Shown: piece by piece, positions 1-9,289 of the stretch | How the letters are laid out: each line of letters starts with the position of its first letter | Numbering within the stretch: position 1 is the first letter of the stretch | Notes under the pieces: generated by a model | The model's input: the letters and a program-made list of their open reading frames with translations, nothing else | What the model was told of the DNA's origin: nothing | The model's database searches: none | Position numbers and translations under genes: made by a program | Origin: Thermoplasmata archaeon | GTDB lineage: Archaea > Thermoplasmatota > Thermoplasmata > Lutacidiplasmatales > SKW197 | Length of the DNA: 24,000 bases | Direction of reading: 5' to 3' | Assembly (NCBI GenBank): GCA_026414225.1 | Contig: JAOAJK010000013.1 | Location: 16,536-40,535, forward strand

Positions 1-613
1 CGGTGCTCATATACATGTTTGAGTTCCATATCTGGGGAAGGCTTATGTCAAGGTTGTGGAGGACATCCAGAATGAAGGGGAGATTCGGTGTAGGGTCCCC
101 GCCTACCCAGTTCACATTGAGCGAGACCGTGTGTCTTGCCCTCACAATTGCCGCCATTTTTTCCGGTGAGAGATAAACTCCGTTTTCTGGATACTGACTT
201 ATGTCCCAGTTCTGGCAAAAAACGCATTTGAAGGTGCAGCCAGCAAAGAAAACTGTGTGGGAGGGCACAAGCATGGGTTCCTCGCCAAAGTGGAGAAATT
301 CGGAGGCAATTCTTGTGCCAAGGACTCCGCAGACACCGCGCTTTCCAGCTTTTCTGTCCGCCCTGCACCGCCGCTCGCAAAATTCGCAGGATGCAAGCAT
401 CTTCCACGCAATCTCTCTCTTCAAATCCAGAAGGCAGGATTTCCCCTTTTCCTGAAATTTTCCGCATTTCAAATTCTCGACTGCCTCACCGTGAATTTGC
501 CAGAGTTCTTCAAGAGTAAAATCTTCTTCGAAATCCAGGCGGTAATTTTTTGCTTCTAGAAATTTTGCCTTCTTTTCTCCTGAAAGAATACCCTCGTAGT
601 TCTCCAGCTGCAT
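1..613 (-). CDS. Radical SAM enzyme, PflX / pyruvate-formate-lyase-activase-like (N-terminal part; gene runs off the left edge)
   Basis: The minus-strand frame is open from ATG (613-611) to position 1. It is absent from the ORF track because no stop lies in the window. My translation: MQLENYEGILSGEKKAKFLEAKNYRLDFEEDFTLEELWQIHGEAVENLKCGKFQEKGKSCLLDLKREIAWKMLASCEFCERRCRADRKAGKRGVCGV...VFFAGCTFKCVFCQNWDISQYPENGVYLSPEKMAAIV...VNWVGGDPTPNL. It contains the CxxxCxxC radical-SAM cluster motif (CTFKCVFC). It also has an upstream Cys-rich CEFCERRC segment typical of COG1313-type activases. An alternative in-frame ATG lies at 703. Confidence 0.75.
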   Translation of the reverse strand, partial: MQLENYEGILSGEKKAKFLEAKNYRLDFEEDFTLEELWQIHGEAVENLKCGKFQEKGKSCLLDLKREIAWKMLASCEFCERRCRADRKAGKRGVCGVLGTRIASEFLHFGEEPMLVPSHTVFFAGCTFKCVFCQNWDISQYPENGVYLSPEKMAAIVRARHTVSLNVNWVGGDPTPNLPFILDVLHNLDISLPQIWNSNMYMST

Positions 614-790
614 TTCAGCGCCAGCCCTAAATACATGGATATTTGGTTGGGTGGGATGCAATGCGCATCTAACCAAATAAACCTGCACGCTGGACGCATG
701 CATTCCATGAGGCTGGTTTCGCCATACAGCCCTTGAAATCTATAACTCAATAAGGATATAAAAAGGTTACTGAGGACTTTTGAAATAACT

Positions 791-800
791 GATAAATAAC
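791..800 (+). promoter_or_regulatory. TATA-like box (GATAAATAAC) about 25 nt upstream of the threonine synthase ATG; would imply a leaderless or very short-leader mRNA
   Basis: AT-rich element centred about 25 nt upstream of ATG 820. A second candidate (GATATAAAAA, about 755-765) lies further upstream. Based on spacing logic only. Confidence 0.25.
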
Positions 801-819
801 TGAATGCTTTTCAAGAACC

Positions 820-2019
820 ATGCAGAAGTATAAACTCGTATGTGAGAAGTGCGGCAAGGAGTATGGGGCTGAAAAAATCTACACCTGCTCCTGCTCTGGA
901 CGCCTTGAGGTGAGCATTAATATTGATGCCATTGAGGTTTCAAAGGAGGAGATAATGGGAAGACGCGGAAATGTGCTTGCAAAATACTTTGAGTTTTTGC
1001 CATTGCTGGCTACCAGTCCCAAAACGCTGGGTGAAGGATACACTCCGCTGATGAAATCCGAGCGATTGTGTGAGAAACTCGGGCTGAAAAACCTCTACCT
1101 GAAGAATGAGACGGTGAATCCGACTGGGAGTTTCAAGGACAGGCCAATTGTAGTGGGTGCAAACAAAGCTGTGGAGTTCGGTGCTGAAGTGTTGGTAAGC
1201 GCGTCCTCTGGTAATGCTGCAACCTCTCTTGCGGCATGGTGTGCCAGATTCGGGTTGAAATGCGTTACATTTGTGCCAGTTGACGCTCCGAAGTCAAAGT
1301 TGGCCCAACTCCAGATGCTCGGTGCGTTGGTTTACCGTGTCGTGCTGCACGAGAAGGGGAAGGACCCGACCGCCGAGATGCTCGCGTTCTGTGTGAGAAA
1401 GTTTGGCTGGCATCCAGTGCCGAGTTTCGGGAGTTTCAACCCTTACCAGATAGAGGGTGCGAAGACCGTAGCCTATGAAATCGCCGAGGAAATTGATGCG
1501 GATGCGGTCGTCGTGCCCGTTGGTGGTGCAGGGCTTCTGCTCGGGACACTGAAGGGTTTTAAGGAATACAGGGAATTGGGCTGGATAGAAAAGGAGCCGA
1601 TAGTTCATGCTGTGCAGTCCGAGGGCTGTGCACCCCTTGTGAGGGCGTGGAAGGAGAGAAGCGAAATCCGTGCATGGGCGAATCCGCGGACTGTGGCAGG
1701 AGGAATTGCAGACCCCTACACCTGGGATGGAAATGCGGCGTTGAAGCTGATGTACAGAAACGGGGGCACAGCGGTGGCAGTTCCTGATTCCCTCATTTTG
1801 GAGGCCCAAGAGTCACTTGCGAAGTATGCTGGCATTTTTGCGGAACCGACCGGGAGCGCATCGCTGGCGGGTATTATCGCATTGAGGGATGCTGGAGTAA
1901 TCCAATCTTCGGATAAGGTTGTTTGTCTGGTTACGGGGACAGGATTCAAGGACCTGGATATCGTTGTGACCAGAATGCCAGAGGTGCCCGTGATTGAGGT
2001 GGGGAGGGGGTGGATATAG
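820..2019 (+). CDS. thrC: Threonine synthase (PLP-dependent, archaeal type with N-terminal zinc ribbon)
   Basis: 399 aa. PLP-lysine motif NPTGSFKDRP. N-terminal CxxC...CxC ribbon (CEKCGKEYGAEKIYTCSCSG). Gly-rich PLP phosphate loop (VPVGGAGLL). Overall fold-type II PLP pattern. The paralogous cysteate synthase family cannot be excluded from sequence alone. Confidence 0.8.
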   Translation: MQKYKLVCEKCGKEYGAEKIYTCSCSGRLEVSINIDAIEVSKEEIMGRRGNVLAKYFEFLPLLATSPKTLGEGYTPLMKSERLCEKLGLKNLYLKNETVNPTGSFKDRPIVVGANKAVEFGAEVLVSASSGNAATSLAAWCARFGLKCVTFVPVDAPKSKLAQLQMLGALVYRVVLHEKGKDPTAEMLAFCVRKFGWHPVPSFGSFNPYQIEGAKTVAYEIAEEIDADAVVVPVGGAGLLLGTLKGFKEYRELGWIEKEPIVHAVQSEGCAPLVRAWKERSEIRAWANPRTVAGGIADPYTWDGNAALKLMYRNGGTAVAVPDSLILEAQESLAKYAGIFAEPTGSASLAGIIALRDAGVIQSSDKVVCLVTGTGFKDLDIVVTRMPEVPVIEVGRGWI

Positions 2020-2030
2020 GGGAATAAAAC

Positions 2031-3023
2031 TCACAGCACCCCAAGTTCCTCAGCCCTGGTGTTTCCCCGCTCCATCTCCTCCTCCCGCGCCTTCATCGCC
2101 CGTTCCACGATGCTGTTAGTACCCCTGTTCCTCTTTCCCCTGACTGGTCTCCTGTCCTCCTCTCCACCCCTTTCAACCTCTTCGACTGGCTTCGCCTTCC
2201 CGAGGATGTAGTATTCATCGTCCGAAAAGGTCCCGGGTTCCTCCTGCCTCTGGAGCTCAACATCCTTTTTCTGGATTCTCTTCTCCTTTTTTTCTGGACT
2301 TTTCCTCACGACCACTGGCTCATCCTCGATCTCCAGGGTTTTAACTGGCCTGCTCACATAGTAGGTTTCCCTCTCTGGCTTTTTCGCTTTCACATAGTAG
2401 TATTTCTCTGGCTCATACCTTGCCCTGGAGTTGAAAAACCTCCATGCATGCCCTGGCTTAGATTCGTGGCTGTGAAAATGCTGCTCCCTGGCACCTGCCT
2501 CCCTGTACCTCTGGGCTGCAATCGCCCCGCCAACATAGCCGAAAACCACGAGAATCACGAGATTTCCCGGCTCTGTTATCAGGAAGCTTCTGAAGATTGC
2601 AGAAATTATCTCAGCCCACTGGCTCACGAGGACACAGTAACTTGCAAACACGGGGTTTGCTCCCTGAATCCAGCTCCACACAGCGTTCTGGCAGGTGTGC
2701 AGCACTGTGCCCGCACCAAAAATATCCAGCACAAGAATGTAACCAACGATAAACAGGACGAGCCCGGCAATCAATCCGCAGGCCGCACCCTTCAGGGCGG
2801 TACCCGCCCGCCTTCCGCACACATAACCGGCAATCATTGTGCCAAAAATCGGGAGCCAGTAAAGCAGGATTGAGAGCACGAACGCAAGCCCGATGGCCTG
2901 GGGAACGCTGAACGGTGCATGGTCCTTGAAGGTTTTTGCTTCTCTATCATGGTGCCTTCTGGATACCGAGAATACACCTCTTCGCATCAGCTTCTTTGTG
3001 GTTTTATCTTCATAAACATGCAT
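2031..3023 (-). CDS. Integral membrane protein (about 4-5 TM helices) with a long, highly charged K/E/R-rich C-terminal tail; function unknown
   Basis: The track ORF is 2031..3077. I prefer the ATG at 3023 (MHVYEDKTTKK...). It is preceded by GGGTGG (a Shine-Dalgarno-like, SD-like, ribosome-binding motif) and by a TATA-like ATTATAATATATAG at 3054-3067 that would otherwise lie inside the CDS. Hydrophobic segments (AIGLAFVLSILLYWLPIFGTMIAGYV, CGLIAGLVLFIVGYILVLDIF, NLVILVVFGYVGGAIAA) are followed by about 160 aa of charged low-complexity sequence. Confidence 0.6.
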   Translation of the reverse strand: MHVYEDKTTKKLMRRGVFSVSRRHHDREAKTFKDHAPFSVPQAIGLAFVLSILLYWLPIFGTMIAGYVCGRRAGTALKGAACGLIAGLVLFIVGYILVLDIFGAGTVLHTCQNAVWSWIQGANPVFASYCVLVSQWAEIISAIFRSFLITEPGNLVILVVFGYVGGAIAAQRYREAGAREQHFHSHESKPGHAWRFFNSRARYEPEKYYYVKAKKPERETYYVSRPVKTLEIEDEPVVVRKSPEKKEKRIQKKDVELQRQEEPGTFSDDEYYILGKAKPVEEVERGGEEDRRPVRGKRNRGTNSIVERAMKAREEEMERGNTRAEELGVL

Positions 3024-3053
3024 TTTCCCACCCCTTCTGACATTCGTCAGACA

Positions 3054-3067
3054 ATTATAATATATAG
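3054..3067 (-). promoter_or_regulatory. TATA-like box for the 2031..3023 gene
   Basis: The minus-strand reading CTATATATTATAAT lies about 35-40 nt upstream of ATG 3023. That leaves a short leader carrying GGGTGG. Confidence 0.3.
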
Positions 3068-3129
3068 TCATACACATATATAAATGTTTCGGCGAAATCT
3101 GGCTAATACTGGCTGAAATTTCTCTAATT

Positions 3130-4509
3130 TCAACCCCTCAAATTCCCCCTCTTCAGCGACGCAAGAATCCCGAAGAAGCAGAGCCCTGCAAAAATAAGCA
3201 GCACCGTCTTCATTGCAATAATCAGGTTCGGAATCCGGGCAGCAGTAATTTCAACCTTTCCGATAAAAATCGCAACGGCCAGCATCGTGATGGCTAAACT
3301 TGACATCTGCCCGATGATCCGCATCGTGGCAATTGTGGCTGATGCCACCCCATACTCCTTTTTCTCCACGGAACTCATTATTGCATTTGCATTCGGGGAG
3401 GAGAAAAGCCCGAGGCCCACACCAAGCATCACAAGTGCTGGCACCACCAACAGGAGTGGCGTGGAAACCTCAACGAGTGAGAGAAGGAGAAGGGCAAGGA
3501 AGGTGAGCCCCATACCGGCGGACGATATCAATCTCGGCTCGACCCTGTCAGAAAGCCGCCCTGCGACAGGGGCAACCGCGGTCATGACAATGGCCTGGGA
3601 AACAATGATGAAACCTGCGCTCTGGGGTGAGAGCCCCTTTCCATACTGCAGATAGAGGCTCATCAGAAAGCCAACGCCGGCAGTGGCTGCATAATTTATC
3701 AGTGTAGCTAAGCTGGAATACATGAACACCGTGTTCCTCCTGAAGAGACGGAGGTTCAGCAGCGGGCTCTGAGTCCTCAGCTCAAAGATTCCGAAACCAA
3801 CGATCCCAGCTATTCCAGCAGTGAGAAAGTAGATGCCATTCCCTTCAGAAAGCTCGGAAAGGCCGACGAGCAAAAAAACGAGTGAGAAACCATATATCAC
3901 AGAGCCAGGCACATCAAATTTTTCCCCTTGGGCCGGTTTTAATTCAAATTTCAGGTAGATGAGGGTGAGCACAGCCACAACAATGCCAAGCACAACATTA
4001 AAGAAAAAAATGCTTCTCCATGTGAAATGCTGGGTGAGCACCCCTCCGAGCACGGGTCCGAGCGATGCACCCAGATAAACCGCACCGGTGTTTATCCCAA
4101 GAACCTTGCCCCTTTCCTCGATGGGGAAAACGGATGAGAGGAGTGCCACACCAGTGCCAAAAACCATCGCACCGCCAAAGCCCTGGAATACCCTGAAGAT
4201 GAGAAGAACTTGTGTTGTGGGGGCAGCGGCACACAGAAAGGAGCCGGTCGTGAATATGATTATCCCCGCAACAAAAAACTTTCTTCTCCCGTAGATGTCC
4301 GCAAGTTTTCCGAGCGGCAGGAGGAATACCGCGGCTGCAAGCAGATAGATAGTGGGAATCCAGGTTAAGGTAATCGCATCCGCAGCAAAATCTTTTCCGA
4401 TTGACGGGAGTGCCAGATTTATCGAACTTGCCATGAAGGGTGTGAGGAAAGATGAAAGGGTGGTCGTGAGAAGCAGGACTTTTTTGTTTGGCTGCATCAC
4501 AGCATCCAA
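3130..4509 (-). CDS. MFS transporter, DHA2/EmrB-like drug:H+ antiporter family (14-TM type)
   Basis: 459 aa and hydrophobic throughout. MFS motif A-like GKLADIYGRRK sits between TM2 and TM3. Length and helix count are consistent with 14-TMS DHA2 members. Confidence 0.85.
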   Translation of the reverse strand: MDAVMQPNKKVLLLTTTLSSFLTPFMASSINLALPSIGKDFAADAITLTWIPTIYLLAAAVFLLPLGKLADIYGRRKFFVAGIIIFTTGSFLCAAAPTTQVLLIFRVFQGFGGAMVFGTGVALLSSVFPIEERGKVLGINTGAVYLGASLGPVLGGVLTQHFTWRSIFFFNVVLGIVVAVLTLIYLKFELKPAQGEKFDVPGSVIYGFSLVFLLVGLSELSEGNGIYFLTAGIAGIVGFGIFELRTQSPLLNLRLFRRNTVFMYSSLATLINYAATAGVGFLMSLYLQYGKGLSPQSAGFIIVSQAIVMTAVAPVAGRLSDRVEPRLISSAGMGLTFLALLLLSLVEVSTPLLLVVPALVMLGVGLGLFSSPNANAIMSSVEKKEYGVASATIATMRIIGQMSSLAITMLAVAIFIGKVEITAARIPNLIIAMKTVLLIFAGLCFFGILASLKRGNLRG

Positions 4510-4537
4510 AACCGATGGTAGATTAAAGAATTTCTAA

Positions 4538-5707
4538 TCATTTCAACCGCACACCATCCTTCTTTATCTCTTCCACCTGCCAGTCCTCAAGAATGGAGGG
4601 GTTGAAAGAGCAGATTATCCTCGCATTGTACCTCTCTGCGCATCTCCGGAGTTCTCCAAACATCTCAGGAACCGATATTGTGGAATAGAAATAGTGTGCC
4701 AGCAACTCATCAAACCCCTCAATAAGCACCACCGACCTTTCCTCCTGGGAAACAAATTTTTCAATCAGGAATGTGAACATCCGCATTTTATCCTCGTCCA
4801 TGGGATTGATGTCACCGTTCTTTCCGAGAACAATCACCTTTGCCACCTTGTGGATTTCATCGGGAATTTGCGGGTCTGTAGTAACAAAGAGTCCACTTCC
4901 TACCTGCTGGACCATCTCAAGGAAATGTTTTCTTCCGTAATTTATATCGCTGCACCAGTAGTACCCCTTCTCAATTTTTTTACCATCCAGTAGTTTTACA
5001 GGAATCCAAGTAACCTGGTGATACTTGAGGAAGGCGTGGAGCATGAGCAGGCCAGTAATTGCAAAAGGGATCGTAGTCAGCGGGTAAATGTCTTCAACCC
5101 CAAGGAGCGGGGGCACATACCCGGTAATGGCAGCAAAGCATAGTGAAATTGCGAGGGCAATTCCTACAATTCTCGCCTGGCTCCTTCCAGCACTTGACTG
5201 CAGTTCAAACGAACTCTTTTCCAGTATCGCTATGGAAGCTATTGTACCTGCAATCATGTAGGTTCCCCAGACAAGCATTCCTGCCCCGAAGTCAGCTCCC
5301 CATCCCGGTTCATAAACTATCAACCCTTCAACCAGAAAGTCTGTACCTGCGGAGACAAATGCTATGACCCCGCTCACCCCGTAAAGAATCCCGAACACGA
5401 TATCTGGGACCTTCCTCTGAGTTACAGGGAATTTGCAGGCAAAATGCACGAAAGTAGCCGGTAAAAATGCACCAGCGATCGCAATAATCTTCAGTCCGAG
5501 AACGGCAATTTCCCTATCTGCGGGCGGTGGCCCAGCGATCCTCTCTATAAATTCGCCTAAACTCCAGAGAAAGAACAGAAAGGCATAAAGGAATGCTGAA
5601 TAGTGGATACTTTTCCGTAATCTGGCAAAGCATACAAGGAGGATGGCAAATATAAATACCGCTACCACTGGCGGCACTGAATACCATGTCAGCATCAATT
5701 TATCCAC
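4538..5707 (-). CDS. Receptor-like protein: N-terminal 7TM domain (histidine-kinase N-terminal 7TM-like) + C-terminal DUF835-like cytoplasmic domain
   Basis: 389 aa. About 7 hydrophobic helices in residues 1-230. The C-terminal about 150 aa (GYYWCSDINYGRKHFLEMVQQVGSGLFVTTDP...VVLIEGFDELLAHYF...ARIICSFNPSILEDWQVEEI) follows the DUF835 (PF05763) pattern as I recall it. There is no kinase or other output domain. Confidence 0.65.
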   Translation of the reverse strand: MDKLMLTWYSVPPVVAVFIFAILLVCFARLRKSIHYSAFLYAFLFFLWSLGEFIERIAGPPPADREIAVLGLKIIAIAGAFLPATFVHFACKFPVTQRKVPDIVFGILYGVSGVIAFVSAGTDFLVEGLIVYEPGWGADFGAGMLVWGTYMIAGTIASIAILEKSSFELQSSAGRSQARIVGIALAISLCFAAITGYVPPLLGVEDIYPLTTIPFAITGLLMLHAFLKYHQVTWIPVKLLDGKKIEKGYYWCSDINYGRKHFLEMVQQVGSGLFVTTDPQIPDEIHKVAKVIVLGKNGDINPMDEDKMRMFTFLIEKFVSQEERSVVLIEGFDELLAHYFYSTISVPEMFGELRRCAERYNARIICSFNPSILEDWQVEEIKKDGVRLK

Positions 5708-5784
5708 ACCCTTTTAGACCTGCCTCTACTCTGCAGCACTTCCTATATTGCATCCGGATATTTGTTAGTTTCCTTTCTCCACCA

Positions 5785-7470
5785 TTACAGCACCAGCGGG
5801 AGCAACAGGAATGAGAATAGCAGTCCCAGTCCCGTCACGACCGCCGCAAAGGCAATATAGAGATAGGAGGTATAAATCTTTCTGCTTTCTCCACCATCCA
5901 AAGGATACATTCTGTAGAGCTCGAGATAGGGGATTATTCTCCGGCGATACCATCCCTCGACAACAACTGTTTTACCAACATGTTTCTCAGTGCCGAAGAT
6001 TCCCACGAAGAAGTCAATCAACTTTGAAATCTGGTGATAGTCAATCAGCAAGAGACCGGTTCCATCGTCAATCTTCAGATCTTCGGAATAGAACAAGCCC
6101 GGGATTCCACGCCCTATGATTCTCCCCTGCAGCCGGACCGGGATACCCTTTATCGGCGACGCCTTCGGATTTTCCAGCAGAGTCACCACTTCACTGTCCT
6201 TAAATCTAAACGGATACGCATAGCCGAGAAGGTAAACGAGACCCCAGGCACCTGTGACCACCATGAAAAATGCACAGCTGAACAGGAATGTCCAGGCAAA
6301 TTTCTGCTCCGTAAAACCATGGGTCCAGCCATACCACATCAGCAGAATCCCGGTTACGAATCCGAGGATTAAACCTCCGTATTTCGCAAATATGTCCTTC
6401 AGAAAGTCGTCCCAGTAGCACTCTGGCTTTTTCAGTTTAAACTGCACAAGGGGTTTCTGCCCCATTTTTTCCGCGATTTCTCCGAGTTTTTTAAGCCGTT
6501 TTGCAGGCAGTGGATGGGTTGACTGAATCTCCAGCCACCATGCCCACGGATTCCAGAGGTCCCATGCCATTGCCTTCTGTATCGTTTCAACCGAGTAATT
6601 TCCATACGCATCTGCACTCATTGCTGCAAGGGCTCGTGCACTATCTGCATTGAAAATTCCCAGGGAAGAAACATGTTTCAGGTGTCCTTTCTCAGAAGCC
6701 TCTCCGAGCCCCTGGGTTGCCATGCCATACGCAATTTTTAGAAGGGCTGAGGCGAGGGCGTTGGGTTTTCTGGTGCTTTCCGCAGCATACTCATCCGCAT
6801 AGTACTCCCTGTACCTGCTTATAAGGAGCGCAACAAACTGGGAGAGAATGTAAATCAGGTAAGAAAAGGCTGCGGTGATGAGAAAAACAAGCGCGGCCTG
6901 TCCCCCGCTCTTTTTCCCCTTTGGCATATACCTCAATACCTGGATGGACACCCTCGCGATTATGTAGAAAATCAGGGGAATTGCAGAGACAATTGTCATC
7001 AAAACAAAATCATCATGGACTATGTGCCCCATTTCATGGGCAATAACCGCCTTGGCTTCATCCGTGTCACAGTATTCCAGAACCCCTCTCGTAATGGCAA
7101 CCCTGGCATGGTTCTTTGTCCAGCCAAATGTAAACGCATTCGGGTTCAGGTCATCGATGATTCCCACTCTCGGAAGGTTTATTCTCTCCTTCGCACACAC
7201 ATCTGTGATGTAGGTGGCAATCGCGGGTGGAAGTGCCTCAAGTGAGACCCACTCAATCTTGTAAATCCAGGAGAGGATGAATGGTGAAATTGCCCACTGG
7301 AGAAAGACCACGAAGATTGCAAAGCATAGCGGGATAATCAGCAGCCAGATACCCTGGATAAGCCCAAAGTATTCCAGAACAGCAATGAACCCCATTCCCA
7401 CAGCAAACACGAGCCCGAAGAGGAGGGCAAGTGCTATTGCCATTCTCGTCTTCAGCCCCATCTCCATCAC
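5785..7470 (-). CDS. M48-family (HtpX-like) zinc metallopeptidase, unusually long, with extra C-terminal TM helices and a soluble domain
   Basis: 561 aa. HExxH motif HEMGHIVHDD. N-terminal TM pair. A further hydrophobic block after the protease domain and a terminal TM anchor (YIAFAAVVTGLGLLFSFLLLPLVL). Confidence 0.8.
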   Translation of the reverse strand: MMEMGLKTRMAIALALLFGLVFAVGMGFIAVLEYFGLIQGIWLLIIPLCFAIFVVFLQWAISPFILSWIYKIEWVSLEALPPAIATYITDVCAKERINLPRVGIIDDLNPNAFTFGWTKNHARVAITRGVLEYCDTDEAKAVIAHEMGHIVHDDFVLMTIVSAIPLIFYIIARVSIQVLRYMPKGKKSGGQAALVFLITAAFSYLIYILSQFVALLISRYREYYADEYAAESTRKPNALASALLKIAYGMATQGLGEASEKGHLKHVSSLGIFNADSARALAAMSADAYGNYSVETIQKAMAWDLWNPWAWWLEIQSTHPLPAKRLKKLGEIAEKMGQKPLVQFKLKKPECYWDDFLKDIFAKYGGLILGFVTGILLMWYGWTHGFTEQKFAWTFLFSCAFFMVVTGAWGLVYLLGYAYPFRFKDSEVVTLLENPKASPIKGIPVRLQGRIIGRGIPGLFYSEDLKIDDGTGLLLIDYHQISKLIDFFVGIFGTEKHVGKTVVVEGWYRRRIIPYLELYRMYPLDGGESRKIYTSYLYIAFAAVVTGLGLLFSFLLLPLVL

Positions 7471-7479
7471 CGGATTTTA

Positions 7480-8910
7480 TTAATCGATCGTTTTATTTAA
7501 ACCTTTCCTGATGACTTCTGGCAGCTGGTCAATTATGTCGGTGGGGAGGAGGGAATACCCGTATTTTTCAAAGGCAGCATCCCCGGTTAGCCCTGAAATG
7601 AACGCACCGAGCCGCGCTGCCTGGTAAGGAGTGCAACCTTTCGCAATCAGGGCAGCACAGATTCCTGCCAGCACATCGCCAGTCCCCCCGACGGTCATGC
7701 CAGGGTTTCCAGTTCTGTTTATTTTTGCACGGACTCCATCCGAAATCAGGTCCACCGCTCCCTTGAGAAGAACCGTACAACCGAGATTTTTCGCCGCCTC
7801 CTTCACAATTTCAACCCGCTCCTCCAAATTCTCCGGAACTTTTCTTCCAGTGAGCTCAAAGAATTCTCCAGCATGCGGAGTAACCAAGGCATTAGATTTA
7901 GGTCTCACATCCCTGAGAAGAGATATCGCATCCGCATCCACAACAATCGGCTTTTCAGCAGCCGAGATAAATTCCCTGCATGTCTCCATTATTTTCCCTG
8001 CCTTACCAAGCCCGGGCCCTACAACAACCACATCAAATTTTTTGTGAAGGTTGAGCAAAAACTCTATCCTCCTTTCAGCATCCTCAGGCATCTGGTGCAC
8101 TATGAATAGGGGTGAGTAGTTCCTGAGAATCTCATAAGCTTCTGGCTGTGTAGCCACATGCACAAGGTCAACTCCTGTTCTATATGCTGCCATTGCCACG
8201 AAATACGGTGCGCCTGTATAGGGGCCTCCACCCACAACCAGTACGCGGCCATTATCGCCCTTACGGGAATTATTATCTGGCACCTTGTAAAGCACAAATT
8301 CGCCGAAATTGGTTTCTGTTTCTGCCTCTGGAGGGATTCCGATTGGCATCACAACAACTTCTCCAGAATTCGCCGGGTTCATCCCTTCCTTCATATCATG
8401 GAAGGTTACCGTTAGTGTTGGTTTCACGGCCATCTCGTATGGAAAGCCACTTGGCACATCTACGGACACCACGGGCTTGCCTGCTTCGTTAATCTTCTCA
8501 ATCACCGCTGCATACTTCCCCTCGGGCATCCTGGTCAACCCTGTACCAAAGATCGCATCCACGACAATTTCCGTTCTTTTCAGCATACCATCTATCTTGT
8601 CCCACATCTCCACATTGCAGTTCTTTCTGCAGTTTCTGAACTGCTTTTTTGCAATCTCTGTTTTTATCCTTTCAGGTCTCTCCATGAGACAGACGGTCAC
8701 ATCGTGGGTTTTTCCAAGCAATCCCGCCATTGCAAATCCGTCGCCTCCGTTATTGCCAGTACCGCAAACAACCAGGATTTTTCTTACATCGAACCGCTGC
8801 TGGATAACCTCGGCGACAGCTCTACCTGCATTTACCATCAACCTTTCCCTGCTGACTCCTAGACACTCCGAATTGATATCTAAAACACGGAATTCAATCA
8901 AAGGAAGCAT
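7480..8910 (-). CDS. nnr: Bifunctional NAD(P)H-hydrate repair enzyme (YjeF_N epimerase + ADP-dependent (S)-NAD(P)HX dehydratase)
   Basis: 476 aa. N-terminal YjeF_N motif CGTGNNGGDGFAMAG. C-terminal carbohydrate-kinase-like dehydratase motifs (VVGPGLG, GGTGDVLAGI). Confidence 0.9.
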   Translation of the reverse strand: MLPLIEFRVLDINSECLGVSRERLMVNAGRAVAEVIQQRFDVRKILVVCGTGNNGGDGFAMAGLLGKTHDVTVCLMERPERIKTEIAKKQFRNCRKNCNVEMWDKIDGMLKRTEIVVDAIFGTGLTRMPEGKYAAVIEKINEAGKPVVSVDVPSGFPYEMAVKPTLTVTFHDMKEGMNPANSGEVVVMPIGIPPEAETETNFGEFVLYKVPDNNSRKGDNGRVLVVGGGPYTGAPYFVAMAAYRTGVDLVHVATQPEAYEILRNYSPLFIVHQMPEDAERRIEFLLNLHKKFDVVVVGPGLGKAGKIMETCREFISAAEKPIVVDADAISLLRDVRPKSNALVTPHAGEFFELTGRKVPENLEERVEIVKEAAKNLGCTVLLKGAVDLISDGVRAKINRTGNPGMTVGGTGDVLAGICAALIAKGCTPYQAARLGAFISGLTGDAAFEKYGYSLLPTDIIDQLPEVIRKGLNKTID

Positions 8911-8923
8911 GATAGTAAAAGGT

Positions 8924-9283
8924 TTAAGGTGCTTTTACTGCGTCCGCTGCCTTCTGCATTTCCGAAAGCACCATGTTCGTATCCTTCGCACTGTCCACAA
9001 CGCAAATCAATAGCGCCTTCTTCCCGGCACCCAGAATTATGGTCCTGGTGTCGGAACTCTCAATCACTATCCTCTCCGGTGTTGCCCTCTTCAGCTCAGA
9101 TGTAGCAGTTATGCTCGCTCCCAGAATTGTGGCGCACATTATTGCGAAGGTTTCCGTGTATACCCCTGGCGGCATCTCTGCAGCAATAACAAGACCGTCC
9201 CTGCTCACCACCGCCACTGCAATTGCCCCAGTGCTTATTTTCAGATTCTTCACAACTTCATTCATATTCACTGGCATTTTCAT
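8924..9283 (-). CDS. Roadblock/LC7 (MglB-like) domain protein
   Basis: 119 aa. Pattern AVAVVSRDGLVIAAEMP...TFAIMCATILGASITATSEL...RIVIESSDTRTIILGAGKKALLICVVD is typical of Roadblock/LC7. GGGAGGA overlaps the upstream gene's stop. The third-codon ATG at 9277 has better SD spacing, so the true start may be 9277. Confidence 0.8.
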   Translation of the reverse strand: MKMPVNMNEVVKNLKISTGAIAVAVVSRDGLVIAAEMPPGVYTETFAIMCATILGASITATSELKRATPERIVIESSDTRTIILGAGKKALLICVVDSAKDTNMVLSEMQKAADAVKAP

Positions 9284-9289
9284 TCCTCC

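Noticed and set aside
48-559. Track ORFs 48..467(-), 199..411(-), 201..455(+), 257..559(+), 313..519(+) at the left edge
   Set aside because: All overlap a third minus-strand frame that is open from 613 to position 1. That frame encodes a clear radical-SAM CxxxCxxC protein. The listed ORFs have Cys/Arg/Pro-rich, motif-less translations typical of off-frame reads.
8309-9013. 234-aa plus-strand ORF antisense to nnr/Roadblock, plus other long antisense ORFs (1294..1809, 10120..10689, 11679..11999, 13246..13839, 21504..22028)
   Set aside because: Each lies opposite a gene with strong family motifs (Nnr, ThrC, P-type ATPase, EndoQ, STAND ATPase). None has motifs or a plausible start context of its own.
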